DNA of 64,000 bases from an uncultured delta proteobacterium (GTDB lineage: Bacteria; Desulfobacterota; BSN033; UBA1163). Positions 1 through 10,485 of the stretch are shown here, one piece after another. The position numbers were made by a program, and so were the translations under genes. The stretch is from assembly GCA_963708295.1 (NCBI GenBank), contig CAVPSJ010000004.1, positions 480,001 through 544,000 of the forward strand, read 5' to 3'. A model generated the notes under the pieces. That model saw nothing but the letters and a program-made list of their open reading frames with translations, was not told where the DNA came from and did not search any database. Each line of letters starts with the position of its first letter. Within the stretch, counting starts at the first letter, position 1.

Positions 1-12
1 ATCGAGGGGATT

Positions 13-1551
13 TTGAAACGAGTCGATGAGAATCTGGAGAAGATGGATCAGAGAGGAGAACGCTTTGACTTCGAAGCCTTGAAGCGGAATCTTGCCTCCC
101 TGAAGGAAAGACTCCCTCAGGAGCCTAAGGAAACCATTACCCAGGAAATGGAACGATTGGCCCTCCTCGCAGAAGAGATTTCGAAGAAGGCCAAGATGAA
201 TGAAGTGGAGGCCATGGCCCGGGAGATTAAGAGCCGGCAGAACCGTCTGATGGACTTTCTGAAGGAGTTTAAAGGTCCTCTGAACCGGGAAGAGCTGGAG
301 GACATCACAAAGGAGCTGAAGGCCCTCGAAGAGCTAATCCGATCGGTGATGGAGGCCCTCGCCAAATTGGCCCCTGAACTCCCTGAGGAATTTGTCAATC
401 TCCCGGAGTTCCAAGGCTTTGAATTTCAGGATCTCTTAAAAGATCTAGAGGAAGTTCACAAAAAACTGATGGCCGGAGACTTCAAAGGAGCCCTGGAAAC
501 AGCCCAGAGACTTATTCAAGCTCTGTCTGAAATGATGGCTCAACTGGGGAGAATGGGAAGACAGACAGGGATGGGTTCTTTCGAAAGACTTCAGGGAGAG
601 ATGGCTCGCCAGGCTGGAGAGCTGGATAAGATATTGACTGAACAGAAGGAGATATTGAATGAAACGGAGAAGATCGACAGGGACTTGAAATGGAAGATTG
701 AAAAGGAGATTGAAAAGAGGTTGGATCGATCCCTTTCGCATCTGAATGAAATTCTCGATGAACTCCATCATTCTCCGACAGAGGAACAGAAAGACTTGAT
801 TGAGGAGTTGGAGAGGCTTTTAAAAACCGGCAATCTGGAAAGATTCTCCCAATTAGGAGAAGGATTGGAGAAAGCGTTTTCTGAGAAACCCGATGATCAA
901 AAGGGGATCAGAGAATTGATCGAGATCATGAAGCGTTTGGCACCCCAACAAGACGAAATCATGACTCTAGAACAGAAGGAGAAATTTCCGGACCTCTCAA
1001 AGAGGGAGGTGAATCTGAGAGAAAGGACAGATCGTTTAAGAGAAAAACTGGAGATATTCGCCCAACTCTTTCCGGGCATGGATACGGGGGTTCTCAATGA
1101 CTTTAAGGGAGCCGCGGGGGACATGGGAGAGGCCTCAGGAAAGTTGGGAAAGGAAGATGCTCCTTCTGCCATCCCTCCAGAACAAGAGGCGATCAGGAAG
1201 TTGACCCGCTCTCAACAAGCCATGCAGCAGATGGCTCAGCAGATGGCCCAACAGATGGCCATGCGGATGCAAGCCAACCAATGGGGTTATCAATGGTGGG
1301 GATACGATCCGAGGCCGGGTTGGTATTACGGCCCTTGGCTCCCCATGCCCACCCGACCCCAACCCCAGTTTAACCGTCCCTTGGAGAGAGGCTACACGGG
1401 CATTGACCGGGAAGAATTCGAGCCTCCGTCGAAGGATGCCTATCAGGTTCCTAAGATCTTCAGAGAAAAGATCATGGAATCTTTGAAAGAGGGAATTCCT
1501 CCTCAATACAAGAGAGACGTGGAAAAATACTTCAGAGGTTTGACGGAATGA
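13..1551 (+). CDS. DUF4175-like long coiled-coil protein, C-terminal part (5' end lies before the window)
   Basis: Helical E/K/Q-rich ORF open from the window edge. It has a Q/M-rich tract and ends in the tail ...FREKIMESLKEGIPPQYKRDVEKYFRGLTE typical of this family. It lies in a MoxR cluster. Confidence 0.6.
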   Translation: MKRVDENLEKMDQRGERFDFEALKRNLASLKERLPQEPKETITQEMERLALLAEEISKKAKMNEVEAMAREIKSRQNRLMDFLKEFKGPLNREELEDITKELKALEELIRSVMEALAKLAPELPEEFVNLPEFQGFEFQDLLKDLEEVHKKLMAGDFKGALETAQRLIQALSEMMAQLGRMGRQTGMGSFERLQGEMARQAGELDKILTEQKEILNETEKIDRDLKWKIEKEIEKRLDRSLSHLNEILDELHHSPTEEQKDLIEELERLLKTGNLERFSQLGEGLEKAFSEKPDDQKGIRELIEIMKRLAPQQDEIMTLEQKEKFPDLSKREVNLRERTDRLREKLEIFAQLFPGMDTGVLNDFKGAAGDMGEASGKLGKEDAPSAIPPEQEAIRKLTRSQQAMQQMAQQMAQQMAMRMQANQWGYQWWGYDPRPGWYYGPWLPMPTRPQPQFNRPLERGYTGIDREEFEPPSKDAYQVPKIFREKIMESLKEGIPPQYKRDVEKYFRGLTE

Positions 1552-3109
1552 GACAAATAGCCATTGTTCTTATCTTCCTCGTTATCATCCTCCCCTCTGC
1601 CGGGAGGACCGCTTCCCAGGAGGCCATCGATTCTCTCACGGTAAAATTGGAGGTTGGGAAGTGTCGGATGCATGGGGAGACGTCAAACGTCTTCTTGGAG
1701 ATGAGCCTAATGATCCTAAGCTTCTGGAGCTCGCCTCATCCATTGCCTTTCACAAAGGCGACTACCCGGAGGCATCGAAGTTGATGAAACAGGCATTGGC
1801 GCAAGACGGGGAGGACGAGAAGAGAAAAGCTTTTGCCTCCTTCATTGAAGAGACCCTTGCCCTTGTTTCCTCATTTAAGAGAGTGGAGAGTTCCCATTTC
1901 GTCATCAGCCTGGATGAAAAACAAGACGGCATCTTGACGGATTACCTCATCGATTCCTTGGAGAAGACCTACCAGGTCATGGCGCAGCAATACGGCTTTC
2001 AGCCCCTGGAGAAGATTCGGATTGAAGTCTTTCCAAATGCGAAGGCCTTCTATTTGGTGACCACCCTGTCTGTCCGGGATATTGAAGTGACAGGAGCAGT
2101 TGGAATCGCCCAATTTAATAAACTAATGATGCTTTCCCCAAGGGCGCTGGTTCATGGTTACCGCTGGCTGGATGCTATCAGTCACGAATACATGCACTAT
2201 CTCATCTTCAAATTGACGAAAAATAAAGCCCCCATCTGGTTTCATGAAGGAATGGCAAAATATGAAGAGACGCGTTGGCGAAATGGTCCTTCCTATCTTT
2301 CCTCCTTCTATCAAACGCTGCTGGCCCGAGCCCTATCGGAAGGCAAGCTCATTCGTTTTGACCAGATGGAGCCTTCCCTCGTCAGACTTGAGAATCCAGA
2401 GGATGTTCAGCTTGCCTATGCAGAGGCTGCATCTGCCATCGAATTTATCCTCATGAAGTCAGGATACGATGGGCTCCAAAAGGTGATGAATCAGATGGCC
2501 TCAACGAATCAAAAAGGAGCGGGAAAGGCCATCCAGGAGGTCCTGGGCCTTCCTTTCTCCGAATTTGAAGAGACCTGGAAGGGATTCTTATCTTCCAAGG
2601 GATATCAGGAGATCGCCGGAGTCCATGGACATCGATATAAGATCAAGGAAGGAAAGTACGACGAGGAGCGGATGGACACGGAGGAGATGAAATCCCTCGT
2701 CGCAAAGAATAAGGCTCATCTCGGAGACCTGCTCAAGGAGAGGGGAAGGATGGAGGCCGCTGTTTTAGAGTATCGACGGGCTTTGGAGGAATCCCGTGAT
2801 TCCGTAACGATCATGAAGAAACTTTCCTCTGCCCTCACGACGATGGCCAGATATGAAGAGGCCCTTGAGCTTCTGAGGCGAGCCAAGGATATCTCTTCTG
2901 ATCATCCCAGCATCTTCACGGCTCTGGGTCAAACTTATTTAAAGCTGAAGCGGATGAAAGAGGCGAGAGACTCTTTTCGGGAGGCGATTCAAATCAATCC
3001 CTTTGATCCCGAAGCCCATATGGGTCTGGCCACAGCCTGATGAGGCGATTGGAGAAAGGACCTCAGCTTCTAAAGAGAGGGAGATTGCCAATAAGCTTAT
3101 TCAGCGATG
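1548..3109 (+). CDS. Secreted TPR + peptidase MA-like (HExxH) protein; two apparent frameshifts (~1640-1660 and ~3038)
   Basis: The ATG overlaps the upstream stop and begins a signal peptide (MRQIAIVLIFLVIILP). The 1661-3040 frame has ISHEYMH...PIWFHEGMA and TPRs. Removing one base at GCCTGATGAG restores ...AYEAIGERTSASKEREIANKLIQR* ending at 3109. Confidence 0.75.
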
Positions 3110-3162
3110 AAATATTTAGGTTCATTCTCGGATGAATGGGAGTAAAGAGGGTAGCGCAGTAT

Positions 3163-3295
3163 AATCTCGAAGCACGAAATCCGAAATTCGAAACAAGCAC
3201 GAATGTTCAAAATACAAATGACCCAAACAAATGGAAAGTGTTTTGAAATTTGAATTTTGGATTTGTTTCGGATTTCGATATTCGTATTTCGGATT
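3163..3295 (+). repeat. Heptamer-periodic imperfect palindromic intergenic element, copy A (full length)
   Basis: Left arm AATCTCGAAGCACGAAATCCGAAATTCGAAACAA matches the reverse complement of the right arm (AATCCGAAATACGAATATCGAAATCCGAAACAA). Confidence 0.85.
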
Positions 3296-3328
3296 GGATG
3301 ATTTCATAGGGATGAAGAAAGGAGATAA

Positions 3329-4343
3329 ATGGAAGCAATAAGAGACTATCAAGCGCCGGATGAAGACTTGGCACAGGTGGAGGAGATGTGCCGAACGAAG
3401 GCCGAGATCACGGCGGAGATTAAGAAGGTAATCGTGGGGCAGGAGAAGGTGATCGAGGAGATCCTGATCGCCCTTTTCTGCAGAGGCCATAGCCTCCTGG
3501 TGGGCGTACCGGGGCTTGCCAAGACATTGCTCATTTCAACCTTGGCTGGCATCATGGAGCTTGAAATTCAATCGTGTCCAATTCACTCCGGATTTGATGC
3601 CCTCGGACATCACAGGGACAGATATCTTGGAGGAGGAAGCGGGAAGCAAGAAACGCTCTTACCGATTTCTAAAGGGACCCATCTTTACCAATATTCTGTT
3701 GGCCGATGAGATCAATCGAACTCCCCCCAAGACTCAAGCGGCCCTCCTCCAGGCAATGCAGGAGTATCAAGTAACAGCAGGAGGGATGACCTATGCCCTT
3801 GATCTTCCCTTCTTCGTCCTGGCCACTCAGAATCCCATCGAGCAGGAGGGAACCTATCCACTGCCGGAGGCTCAACTGGACAGGTTCATGTTCAATATCG
3901 GGATGGATTATCCCCCCTTCACGGAGGAGGTCGAGATCGTCGCAACGACAACGACCTCCTATCAACCGGTATTGGACAAGGTGATCAATGGTGAAAAGAT
4001 ATTACAGATGCAGGACCTGGTGCGAAGGGTTCCAGCTTCTTCCCATGTAATCGAGTATGCCGTGAGATTGCTCCGTTCGTCGCGACCAGGAGAACCCGAG
4101 GCCCTTCCCTTTGTGAAAGAATGGGTGGAGTGGGGGGCTGGACCCCGGGCCTCCCAACACCTGATACTGGCTGCGAAAGCAAAGGCGATCATGCGGGGTG
4201 CTTATGTGGCCTCTGTGGAGGATGTGAAGGCGGTGATCCAATCGATTTTGAGACATCGGATTATCGTCAACTTCAAGGCCCAGGCAGAAGGAATTCATCC
4301 CCTCGACATCATCCGGCGCCTTTTAGAAGAGGTGAAGCCTTGA
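3329..4343 (+). CDS. MoxR-family AAA+ ATPase; one frameshift near 3560
   Basis: The first frame has VIVGQ...GVPGLAKT (Walker A). The second has [33 protein letters not shown] and [22 protein letters not shown]. Confidence 0.92.
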
Positions 4344-5221
4344 ACTATTTTGATCCGAAGGTTCTGAGCCAGCTAAAGAATCTTTTTCTAAGAGCCCGCC
4401 ATGTGGTGGATGGGGTGATGGTTGGGATTCATCCCTCCCGTTCAAAAGGCTTCACTTCTGAATTTGAGGGGCACCGGGAGTATTCTCAGAGCGATGATAT
4501 TCGCCATATCGATTGGAAGGCGTATGGGAGGTTTGACCGGTACTTCATCAAGGAATACCGGGAGACGACCAATCTAAGGGCCTTCATCCTTCTCGATGCC
4601 AGTGCTTCGATGGGGTACGGCTCTGATGGATGGAGCAAATTCGACTATGCCTCCACCCTGGCGGCCTCTTTAGCCTACCTGATGTTGAGACAGCAGGATT
4701 CGGTCGGCCTGATCACTTTTTCAAATCGGATCGAAGGAACGGTCCCTCCTAAAGCCACCTCCGGACACCTCTTTGCCATTCTAAAAGAGTTGGAAGACGA
4801 AAAACCACGAGGGGAGACCTCTGCCGGTTCGATTCTCCAAGAATTGGCGGGATCCCTAAAAAGAAAGGGTCTCCTTCTTCTCATCTCCGACCTCTTGGAT
4901 AAACCTGAAGATGTGATCAGGGGTTTGAAGCAGCTTCGCTCAAAAGGAAATGACCTATTGGTCTTCCACGTTCTTGATAGAGATGAACTCGAATTTCCCT
5001 TTAAGGACCCGACGCTCTTTCTCGATATGGAGGAGGAGATCAAATTGTTGACCGACCCCGATGCGATCAGGTCGGCTTATCTTAAGGCGATTCATACATT
5101 GATAGAGAACTATCGAGAGTCCTGTGCCCAAAATCTAATGGATTATTCCCTATTGGACACGTCGATTGGGCTAGATCGGGCGTTGGTGCGCTACTTGAAA
5201 TGGAGGGAGAAGTTTAGGTAA
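4340..5221 (+). CDS. DUF58 (VWA-like) MoxR partner protein
   Basis: EFEGHREY...[10 protein letters not shown]...[14 protein letters not shown]. The TTG start overlaps the moxR stop. Confidence 0.9.
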   Translation: MNYFDPKVLSQLKNLFLRARHVVDGVMVGIHPSRSKGFTSEFEGHREYSQSDDIRHIDWKAYGRFDRYFIKEYRETTNLRAFILLDASASMGYGSDGWSKFDYASTLAASLAYLMLRQQDSVGLITFSNRIEGTVPPKATSGHLFAILKELEDEKPRGETSAGSILQELAGSLKRKGLLLLISDLLDKPEDVIRGLKQLRSKGNDLLVFHVLDRDELEFPFKDPTLFLDMEEEIKLLTDPDAIRSAYLKAIHTLIENYRESCAQNLMDYSLLDTSIGLDRALVRYLKWREKFR

Positions 5222-5224
5222 CCT

Positions 5225-5342
5225 CAATGACAAATGTTAAACTTGAAACCTCAAGACAAATCCAAATTTCAACTATCAGATTTTCAAAGCTTCCTTCAAT
5301 TGACATTTATTTGGCATTTGGATTTTAGCATTTGAAATTTTT
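5225..5342 (+). repeat. Heptamer-periodic imperfect palindromic intergenic element, copy B (divergent CAAAT/ATTTG type)
   Basis: CAAATGT/CAAATCC/AAATTTC units on the left are mirrored by GCATTTG/GATTTTA/GCATTTG units on the right. Confidence 0.6.
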
Positions 5343-5351
5343 TCGTAACCC

Positions 5352-7349
5352 ATGGCCCTTTCATTCTTAAATCCTTTCTTCCTTTTTGGTTTGGCTGCTG
5401 CGGCCATTCCCATTCTGATCCACCGGCTGACCAAGCGGAAAGCCATGACTCGAAAATTCTCTGCTGTTCGTCTCCTGCTCGAATCCCAGCGAATGGTGAC
5501 GCGGCCTCAGAGGCTCAGGCATTTCTTTCTCCTCGCTCTCAGAATCGTGGCCATGATAAGCCTGGTCCTCCTCATGGCAAGACCTGTGCTCACGGAGCCT
5601 GGCATTCTGGTGCAAGAGGAGAAGGCAATGGCGATCATTCTCGATAACTCTCTCAGCATGGCGTACCGGGAAGACGGAGGAGAACGATATGATCTTGCCA
5701 AGAAGGCGGTGAAAGAGGTGATCGAGAGGTCTAACGGACAAGTCGCCATCCTTCCAACCGCGTCCTTCCCTACGAGTCGCTTCCGGCAGGAGCGTCAGAT
5801 CCGCTGGATGACGCGCGAAGAGGCTCTGAAGGAGTTATCCTCCATTCCCCTCTCTTATGGAAGAGGTGACCTCAAGGCTTGCCTTCACCTCGCCTATCAG
5901 AAGCTGAAAGAACTCAAGATGGGCAAGGAGATCTTCGTCGTCAGCGACCTGACCAGGGGAGATTGGGAAGGCCTCGCTTTAAATAAACTGGATGTTGTTC
6001 CCGCAGACGTGGGAATGACGCTCTTAAGGATCGGAGGTTCGGGAAGAGACCCTAATCTCACGGTGAAAGAAGCAAGATGGGTTGAAGAAGAGGCTGTCGT
6101 GGGTGTCCAGTCCCACCTGGAGGTGACGGTATCGAACTTATCCGATCGTTCTGGAACGGCACTTGTTCAACTCTTTCTTTCAGGGATCAAAGTGGATCAA
6201 AAATTGATCGACCTCAACGCCATGGGTGAAGGAAAAGTCTATTTTGAGCTTTCTCTCGATAAGAAAGGTTGGATCAATGGAGAGGTGAGGTTATCATCCA
6301 GAGACAATCTGTCTCTGGATGATAGTTTCTACCTTCCGCTGAAAGTTAGGGAAAAGATAAAAGTTCTCATCATCGACGGAGCTCCAAAGGCTTCGCTCAA
6401 AGAAAGCGAGAGCTACTATCTTCTCCATGCTCTTCGTCCGGACGATTCGGAAGAGTCGCCCTCTATCCCCCGGGTTATCTCAGAGGGAGAAGTCGCCAAG
6501 ACGGACACGAATCTCTATGAAGTGATCGTATGGATGAACGCGGCAAGGCTCCAGGGATCCCAGTTGGCGTCGCTCTTAGGATCGGGAAAACCCATCCTCC
6601 TCTTTCTCGGGGATCAGGTCGTCCCTGATGAATATAACCGGATCCCGCTCTTTCCCTGGAGGATTAGAGAGATGAATGTGGCACGGACCGGGAAACCGGA
6701 GCGGATTGTTCAAGTCGATGACCGCTTTGACTTTTTGAAACCCTTTTCCGGCCCGGGGGGGGAGAGCCTCAGAGCTGCTTCCTTTCACCGCTATTTTAAA
6801 GTGGAAGGAAGCATGAAAAGTCTTCTGATCTTTGGGAATCAAGATCCCCTTCTTGTCGAGTCGGAGATCGGAAAGAGTAAGATTCTTTTGTTCACCTCGA
6901 GTGGTGATCTGGACTGGAATGACCTCCCTTTGAAGGCCGCCTACCTTCCTTTAATTCAGGGGATGATGAGGGAAGCCATCGGTACTTTTAGAGATTCGAT
7001 CCCGTCCACGATTCGATTCGGTGAGCCCTTTGGGGAGAAAACACCGGCTACCCAGATTGCCGGACCTGAAGGAGGGCCTGGGATCTATCAATTCTTTCCC
7101 TCTCCCGGAGAGGTGAGACAGGGGGTGAACACCCCTTTTGAAGAATCGGATTTAGGGAAACTGACGGAGGAAGAGGTCAGAAAGAAGTTTGGGAAAAAGG
7201 ATATCAACATTGTGGAATATAAGGAGGGGGGGTCCGGCAATCTTCAAACAAACCGGAAAGAGATTTGGCCCTTTCTCCTTGCTTTCCTATTAATGGTCCT
7301 TGGTGTTGAGACGGTGGTGGCCAATGGAGTTCCGAGGGGAAGGGAATAA
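5352..7349 (+). CDS. BatA-domain / VWA membrane protein
   Basis: N-terminal double-TM BatA motif (FLNPFFLFGLAAAAIPILIH...RFSAV...LLALR...ARP), MIDAS-like DNSLSM and VSDL, C-terminal TM (EIWPFLL). Confidence 0.85.
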   Translation: MALSFLNPFFLFGLAAAAIPILIHRLTKRKAMTRKFSAVRLLLESQRMVTRPQRLRHFFLLALRIVAMISLVLLMARPVLTEPGILVQEEKAMAIILDNSLSMAYREDGGERYDLAKKAVKEVIERSNGQVAILPTASFPTSRFRQERQIRWMTREEALKELSSIPLSYGRGDLKACLHLAYQKLKELKMGKEIFVVSDLTRGDWEGLALNKLDVVPADVGMTLLRIGGSGRDPNLTVKEARWVEEEAVVGVQSHLEVTVSNLSDRSGTALVQLFLSGIKVDQKLIDLNAMGEGKVYFELSLDKKGWINGEVRLSSRDNLSLDDSFYLPLKVREKIKVLIIDGAPKASLKESESYYLLHALRPDDSEESPSIPRVISEGEVAKTDTNLYEVIVWMNAARLQGSQLASLLGSGKPILLFLGDQVVPDEYNRIPLFPWRIREMNVARTGKPERIVQVDDRFDFLKPFSGPGGESLRAASFHRYFKVEGSMKSLLIFGNQDPLLVESEIGKSKILLFTSSGDLDWNDLPLKAAYLPLIQGMMREAIGTFRDSIPSTIRFGEPFGEKTPATQIAGPEGGPGIYQFFPSPGEVRQGVNTPFEESDLGKLTEEEVRKKFGKKDINIVEYKEGGSGNLQTNRKEIWPFLLAFLLMVLGVETVVANGVPRGRE

Positions 7350-8178
7350 CGGTTTATCGAAGGTTGCTGTGAGAAGCAATCCGCAAGAGAAGAGCAACAT
7401 TTCCCGGAGAAGATTCATTTCTCTAAGCTTGGGACTTGCGGCTGGAGTTTTATTTCCAAGCTTTAAATTTCCTCTGTCCGCTTCTGGGAATCGAGTCGCA
7501 CCGACTTTCCCTCAATTTTTTTTCGCCCAGATTAAATATCAAGGTGGACAGTGGGATCCCAATCCCCAGTTTTTGGATTCTCTCATGGAGGAGTTGGAGC
7601 TAAGGACGAGTATCCGTGGGATGAAAGAACGGCGCCTGATCACCCTTTCTGATCCTGATCTCTTCTTCTGCCCTCTTCTTTATATGGCAGGGAAAGACGA
7701 GTTTGATCCTTTTACTCCTAAAGAAAGGGAGATCTTAGGGCGATTTCTGACCTACGGAGGGTTTCTACTTGCTGACGATACCATGGGAGCCAAAGGGTTT
7801 GGGTTTGATAAGTCCTTCCGGAGGGAGATGAACCAGATTTTTCCGGGACAGGACCTGAAAAGGCTTCCGTCCGACCATTCTGTTTATCGTAGCTTCTATT
7901 TGATAGAGACCCTTGGGGGACGCCAGAAGGTGAACCCTTATTTGGAAGGCATCACCCTCGATCAATGGACCCCGGTCATCTACTCTCAAAATGATCTCTC
8001 AGGAGCCTGGGCGAGGGATCGGTTCGGAAAATGGATTCATCCGTGTGTTCCCGGAGGCGAACCTCAAAGAGCTTCCGCCTTTAAGGCGGGTATCAATATC
8101 ATCGTCTACTCCCTGGCTTCGGACTACAAAAAGGACCTGGTCCATCATCCTTTTATCAAGAGGCGGCTCAATTTATGA
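7300..8178 (+). CDS. DUF4159 protein with Tat signal (true start probably the GTG at 7369)
   Basis: SRRRFISL twin-arginine motif, PLLYMAG, GGFLLADD, VIYSQNDLSGAW and a C-terminal DYKKDLVH. Confidence 0.85.
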   Translation: MVLRRWWPMEFRGEGNNGLSKVAVRSNPQEKSNISRRRFISLSLGLAAGVLFPSFKFPLSASGNRVAPTFPQFFFAQIKYQGGQWDPNPQFLDSLMEELELRTSIRGMKERRLITLSDPDLFFCPLLYMAGKDEFDPFTPKEREILGRFLTYGGFLLADDTMGAKGFGFDKSFRREMNQIFPGQDLKRLPSDHSVYRSFYLIETLGGRQKVNPYLEGITLDQWTPVIYSQNDLSGAWARDRFGKWIHPCVPGGEPQRASAFKAGINIIVYSLASDYKKDLVHHPFIKRRLNL

Positions 8179-10364
8179 ATTGGAATCGGATTGTCATCGC
8201 CCCAGTTTTTCCCTTCTGGGTGATCCTGATCCTTCTCTTTCTTGGATTGGCTCTCACCGTCGTCCAGTATTGGATGATTCAAAAGAGAATAGGCCGTCCG
8301 AAAGCGATTCAGATATCCCTCCTCCGTCTGATCACCCTTTCACTCCTCGTCTCTTTCAGTGTGAACCCGTCTTTCATAGTAAGGAAAGAGGAAAAAATTA
8401 TTCCCGCCCTTGCCATCCTTGTCGATCGGTCGCAAAGCATGAGCTTATCTGGACAAGGAGGAAAAAAAACAAGGCTCGATGATGCGAAGGCGCTGCTGCT
8501 GGAAGGGGAGAAACCGCTTCTCAAAGCCCTGAAAGAGAGTTTTGAGGTGAAACTCTACACCATGGGTGAATCACTTCAAGCCATTGGCGAAAGCGAACTT
8601 CCCGGTCTGAAGGCCGTGGGAAAGAGAGCGGATCTGAATGGGGCTTTGGAAAAACTTGGTCCCACGAACTCTCTGCTCCTGCTATTGAGCGACGGAAACG
8701 TCGACTGGAATGGGGGCCATAGGAACGCACCTCCTCTCATCGCAATTCCCATGGGGGATCCCAGAGGTTACAGAGATATTTCAATTAAAGAGATCGAGGC
8801 ACCTCCCATCGCCTTTCGGGGGAGGCCAGTACAGATCGAAGTGGTTATAAAAAGTCATGGGTATTCTGGAATCACCGTTCCAGTCATTCTTAAAAATGGA
8901 GCCAAGATTCTAACAGCCAAAAGCTTTTCGATCCGAAGAAGTCCTGAGCAAGGGGTCACCTCTTTTTCCTTCACCCCAGAGGAAGTGGGTTCCTTTCCCC
9001 TCTCCGTATCGATTCCCCCCCAATTTGGCGAGAGCTTAACCTCAAATAACGATGCGAATATTGCGCTTAAAGTGTACAGGGACAAGATCAGGATATTGAT
9101 GGTGTCAGGAAGTCCAAGCTTAAATTACCGTTACATGAGAAGTGCTTTTAAGAACGATCCCACGATTGATCTGCTCTCCTTCATTATCTTGAGAACGCCG
9201 GCAAATATCATCAATGTTCCCCTTCAAGAGCAGAGTCTTATCCCCTTTCCGGTAGAGACCCTCTTCACGAATGAACTGAAGAATTTTGACCTGGTCATTT
9301 TTGACGATTTTTTCTACCGACCCTATTTAAATCTAAACCATCTGGAGCGTGTGAAAGAATTTGTCAGAGGAGGGGGTAGCTTCGCCGTCATCGGAGGGCC
9401 CAATTTCTACGGCCAAGGGGGATATGAGGGTACTCCCCTTGAGGAAATCCTTCCTGCCAGATTGTCAGGAAAGGAGGACTATCGCCGTGATCTCCCTTCA
9501 GGGGTTAAATTGAGCCGTCTGGGAACGATCCATCCCATAACTCGATTTTCTTCAGAGGGAAATAATCACCAAGGCCTGTGGCAGGAAATGCCTCCTCTGG
9601 ACGGCATCAATCTTTTGGAAGCCAAAAGCTCAGGAAGGGTGCTACTGGAGAGCACCGATGGAATACCGAGACCTATTTTGGTCGTGGGGAATTATGGCAA
9701 GGGAAGAGTTTCAATCCTAGGAACAGACTTTTCCTGGAAATGGTATATGGGGATGCTGGCTCAGGGAAAGGGAAATTGGGCCTACCTCAGGTTCATGGAA
9801 AGAATGGTCCGCTGGCTTACGCGAGATCCAAGCCTTGATCCGGTTCAGATCACCCTGCCGGCAAAGCCTGGAGAGGTCGGACAGGAGATCGGAGTTCAGA
9901 TCCGGGTCAAAGAAGAAGGCTCCTCCTCTGCCTCGAAGAGGATCGTTTCATTTTCTGTGTTCAATCCAGAAGGAACAAAGGTGGTATCTCAACTCAGAAC
10001 AACGGCACAAGAGGGTGAATTTCGCGGGTCTTTTCTGCCCGAAAAGGGAGGGGTCTATCAGGTGAGAGTGGAAACTCTCGAGGGTCGTCTTGAAGAGTCC
10101 GTGGTGGTTGCCGAGGCAGTAGAAGGTCTGGACGGAGTTCCGAACCATGAACATCTAAAAATGATCGCAGAGGCGACCGGGGGGAAAGTTCTGTCAAGCG
10201 GTAAAGACGTTTTGAGAGAAGCCGAGAGCTACGGTGAGAAAATCAAGGAGCATTTTATCGAAGAGAAACGTCTTCCTCTTTGGAGCGCGCCGTACCTGCT
10301 GGTCCTTATCCCGGCACTCCTCGGGATGGAATGGTATCTCAGGAGAAGAGGAGGAATGGTTTAG
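8175..10364 (+). CDS. Membrane protein with VWA-like and class I glutamine-amidotransferase-like domains
   Basis: N-terminal TMs, DRSQSM, LSDG, DPTIDLLSFIILR, GGSFAVIGGP, YGKGRV, C-terminal EWYLRRR. Confidence 0.8.
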   Translation: MNWNRIVIAPVFPFWVILILLFLGLALTVVQYWMIQKRIGRPKAIQISLLRLITLSLLVSFSVNPSFIVRKEEKIIPALAILVDRSQSMSLSGQGGKKTRLDDAKALLLEGEKPLLKALKESFEVKLYTMGESLQAIGESELPGLKAVGKRADLNGALEKLGPTNSLLLLLSDGNVDWNGGHRNAPPLIAIPMGDPRGYRDISIKEIEAPPIAFRGRPVQIEVVIKSHGYSGITVPVILKNGAKILTAKSFSIRRSPEQGVTSFSFTPEEVGSFPLSVSIPPQFGESLTSNNDANIALKVYRDKIRILMVSGSPSLNYRYMRSAFKNDPTIDLLSFIILRTPANIINVPLQEQSLIPFPVETLFTNELKNFDLVIFDDFFYRPYLNLNHLERVKEFVRGGGSFAVIGGPNFYGQGGYEGTPLEEILPARLSGKEDYRRDLPSGVKLSRLGTIHPITRFSSEGNNHQGLWQEMPPLDGINLLEAKSSGRVLLESTDGIPRPILVVGNYGKGRVSILGTDFSWKWYMGMLAQGKGNWAYLRFMERMVRWLTRDPSLDPVQITLPAKPGEVGQEIGVQIRVKEEGSSSASKRIVSFSVFNPEGTKVVSQLRTTAQEGEFRGSFLPEKGGVYQVRVETLEGRLEESVVVAEAVEGLDGVPNHEHLKMIAEATGGKVLSSGKDVLREAESYGEKIKEHFIEEKRLPLWSAPYLLVLIPALLGMEWYLRRRGGMV

Positions 10365-10366
10365 GC

Positions 10367-10457
10367 AAGTTCGAAGCACGAAATTTGAAATCCTAAACAA
10401 GCGCGAATGTCCAAAACACAAATGTCCTAGACAGATAGAAATGGTTTTGAAATTTTA
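10367..10457 (+). repeat. Palindromic element copy C (left arm and centre only)
   Basis: TCGAAGCACGAAATTTGAAATCCTAAACAAGCGCGAATGTCCAAAACACAAATG...GTTTTGAAATTT is colinear with copy A over about 90 nt. Confidence 0.85.
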
Positions 10458-10485
10458 GCCGGACTTGTCGACAGGGAGGATGAAG

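Noticed and set aside
3037-3043. TGA TGA as recoding or selenocysteine in the TPR peptidase
   Set aside because: No SECIS or redox context; deleting one base restores a normal TPR ending.
3163-3295. CRISPR array or small ORFs (e.g. 3122-3490, 12839-13132, 10194-10421) over the heptamer elements
   Set aside because: There is no repeat-spacer structure and no cas genes. The ORFs are translations of the repeat (NPKFE/FRISDF-type peptides).
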